Positions 61,916 through 64,000 of a stretch of 64,000 nucleotides of DNA are shown here, piece after piece. The translations under genes and the position numbers were made by a program. Location of the stretch: assembly GCF_006345805.1 (NCBI RefSeq), contig NC_042997.1, positions 131,502,001 to 131,566,000 of the forward strand. Reading direction: 5' to 3'. The number at the start of each line of letters is the position of its first letter. Positions within the stretch are counted from its first letter, which is position 1. The DNA is from Octopus sinensis (taxonomy: Eukaryota). The notes beneath the pieces are model-generated. The model was not told where the DNA came from. It ran no database searches and saw only the letters and a program-made list of their open reading frames with translations.

Positions 61916-62804
61916 TGTCTAGAACTGTATTATCTAATGTGTCCGTGTACTTTTTTTATTAAACAGTATCATGTAATTTGAGAGGAAAATTCGACTATTT
62001 CTCACAGATCCTCCAAATAGATAAAGTAGATCTATAATTAAGGACATTCCACTGTGGCCACCCTGTCCTCTCTCTCTCTCTTTTTTTTTTCGGAGACTAC
62101 TTTGTTGATTTAAGACAGCGGGGTGTTATTTGAGGGTTATTTGAGCAAGTGTTTCTAACAGTTGTTACTTTTGCTGGGTGTGGGACAAGTGGCCAGAGAG
62201 TTATCACATACGATTCAAAGAGATGGAATAACCAGACAGAATAGTTGAAGTAATTGGGTTGTGTTTGACATTTTCCTTGACTTCTGACATTCTTGCAGTA
62301 TTGTTTCGGTTGGTCTTCTCTGCTAAATAGATTAACTGATAAGAAGTTTAGGATTTAATTTTACAGAAGTACAGGCATTTTTTTTTTCCTCTATTTTTAT
62401 TATTTTTTTGTTTCTATTTGCTGAAATTACATATTTATCTCTAAAATGTAAGTTTCTTTGGTGCTGTATGTATATTTGTTTTGTTGTTTTTTTTAGATTT
62501 GATTTAAATCACCTTTTGCATTAGCAATGTATGTATATTTTTCCATGTATTTATCTACAGGCTATTAATAATCTTTGTGTATTACTGGTGTGTGTGTGTA
62601 TGTATATATATATATATATTCTTTTTAACAATAGGACAAAATTTATATTATTTGCTCTCAACCGAAGCAAAGCTCTATAACCTCACTACCTCCTCCTGGT
62701 CAAAAAAAAATGTGGAGGGGGTCTCTAATAAACCAGCCTTGCTTCGGTCGAGAGCAAATAATATAAATTTTGTGCTATTGTTATATGTATATATATAACA
62801 ATAT

Positions 62805-63192
62805 GAGACCTATTGAGTCAAGTACATAACATCAGCATCAAAATAAATATCAAATGGAAATTGCAGTTGTGATACCTGTGCCGGTGGCACGTAAAAGCAC
62901 CATCTGAACGTGGCCGGTGCTAGCACCACCTTGACTGGCTTGTGTGCCAGTGGCACGTAAAAAGCACTAACTGATCGTGGCCACTGCCAGCCTACCCTGG
63001 CCCCTGTGCCGGTGGCATGTAAAAAGCACCCACTACACTCACGGAGTAGTTGACATTAGGATGGGTATCCAGCTGTAGAAACACTGCCAGATCAGACTGG
63101 AGCCTGGTCCAGTCTCCTGGCTTCCCAGACCCCGGTTAAATCGTCCAACCTATGCTAGCACGGAAAACGGACGTTAAACGATGATGATGATG
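62805..63192 (+). mobile_element. SINE family D with three modules; its 5' segment lies inverted at 63299-63375
   Basis: Matches the 18105-18593 copy. Confidence 0.9.
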
Positions 63193-63504
63193 CGTATGTA
63201 TATATATATATATATATTATATATATATACACATATATACTTATTTTGTGATATCAACGAGATCCATGAAATAGATGAACTCTCTGTGGAGAAGGAGCTA
63301 TGTACTTGACTCAATAGGTCTCCTCAAGCACAGCAGGTCACCCTACGATCCAAGGAAAGCAAAGCAGGTCGTTCTTGGAATGGCTGGGGCTATGCAAAAC
63401 TGGTGCAGGAATAGCTGAACGACTCAGCATTGCCCAGGTTGTTACTGTTGTTCTTATTCAGATTAGTAAACAATAAATATAAAGATATATTCTCATAATT
63501 ATTT

Positions 63505-63860
63505 CAAAATAGAAGCATGTAGTAGAGAGATCAAGTGCAACTACCTTGAGGGATTGACCCTGAGATTTGTTAATTGAAATACCAAAACTTAGTTTAACTG
63601 GAAACTGAAGTCTCTTAAATTCAAATGGAACATCTGTAGGTATGAGAGGAATTTTTGGAATAAAGACATTTTCTCCTTAGTGACTATCTGTTTATGACAG
63701 TTGCATATAGGACATGGGGCTTCATAGAAGTAACAATTGAGTTCCATTACACATGGGTCAAGATTCCTAAGCAACATAATGGGAGCACCCAGTTTTAGTG
63801 TCAAGTTATGCAGTAGCATCCCAGTGGGTTTAAATGTGTTCAGAAATCTGTAACGGTAGA
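63505..63860 (-). pseudogene. Helitron RepHel Pif1-type helicase C-terminal relic (frameshifted)
   Basis: FLNTFKPTGMLLHNLTLKLGAPIMLLRNLDP / CNGTQL / GENVFIPKIPLIPTDVPFEFKRLQFPVKLSFGISINKSQGQSLKVVALDL. Confidence 0.92.
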
Positions 63861-64000
63861 GGATTAATTAGTGTAACGGTTGAGCCACCAATTTGTAACA
63901 GTAGAAGTTTATTTTTGTAATGGTTGAAATTAATTAGTAAACCGTAGTGTGGAACATTGGAGTGATAATCAGTTTGTAAGGATTGGTTCTTCATTGATTG

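Noticed and set aside
62877-62901. Pistol ribozyme or preQ1 riboswitch assignment for the pseudoknot module
   Set aside because: Shares only a stem plus A-rich tail; lacks pistol P2/P3 arrangement and the loop is too short for preQ1-I
63505-63860. Functional host PIF1 gene
   Set aside because: Frameshifted, truncated, intronless, with Helitron-type motif spacing

Overview
AT-rich, repeat-saturated, essentially non-coding eukaryotic DNA. The SINE families and (TA)n/(TG)n/(GAT)n microsatellites look like an octopus (coleoid cephalopod) genome; this is inferred from family recognition, not a database search. I found no intact protein-coding gene, and most ORF-track entries are SINE or microsatellite artefacts. 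Recognisable content: dozens of SINEs in about four modular families (labelled A-D here), two decayed mariner transposons, hAT, piggyBac and pogo/Tc2-type MITEs, RTE LINE fragments, a non-autonomous Helitron and a Helitron Pif1-helicase relic. The most striking signal is about 10 minimal type-I hammerhead-ribozyme-like motifs in Penelope-like pLTR remnants and fold-backs. Two unrelated remnants carry the compensatory U3-A8 core (UUGAAAA). Also notable: a repeated pseudoknot+hairpin RNA module with covariation in SINE family D, a complex templated inverted insertion at 35.0-35.7 kb, and an 80-nt pre-miRNA-like hairpin at 57.3 kb. Coordinates were read by eye; ends of old repeats may be off by a few to tens of bases.
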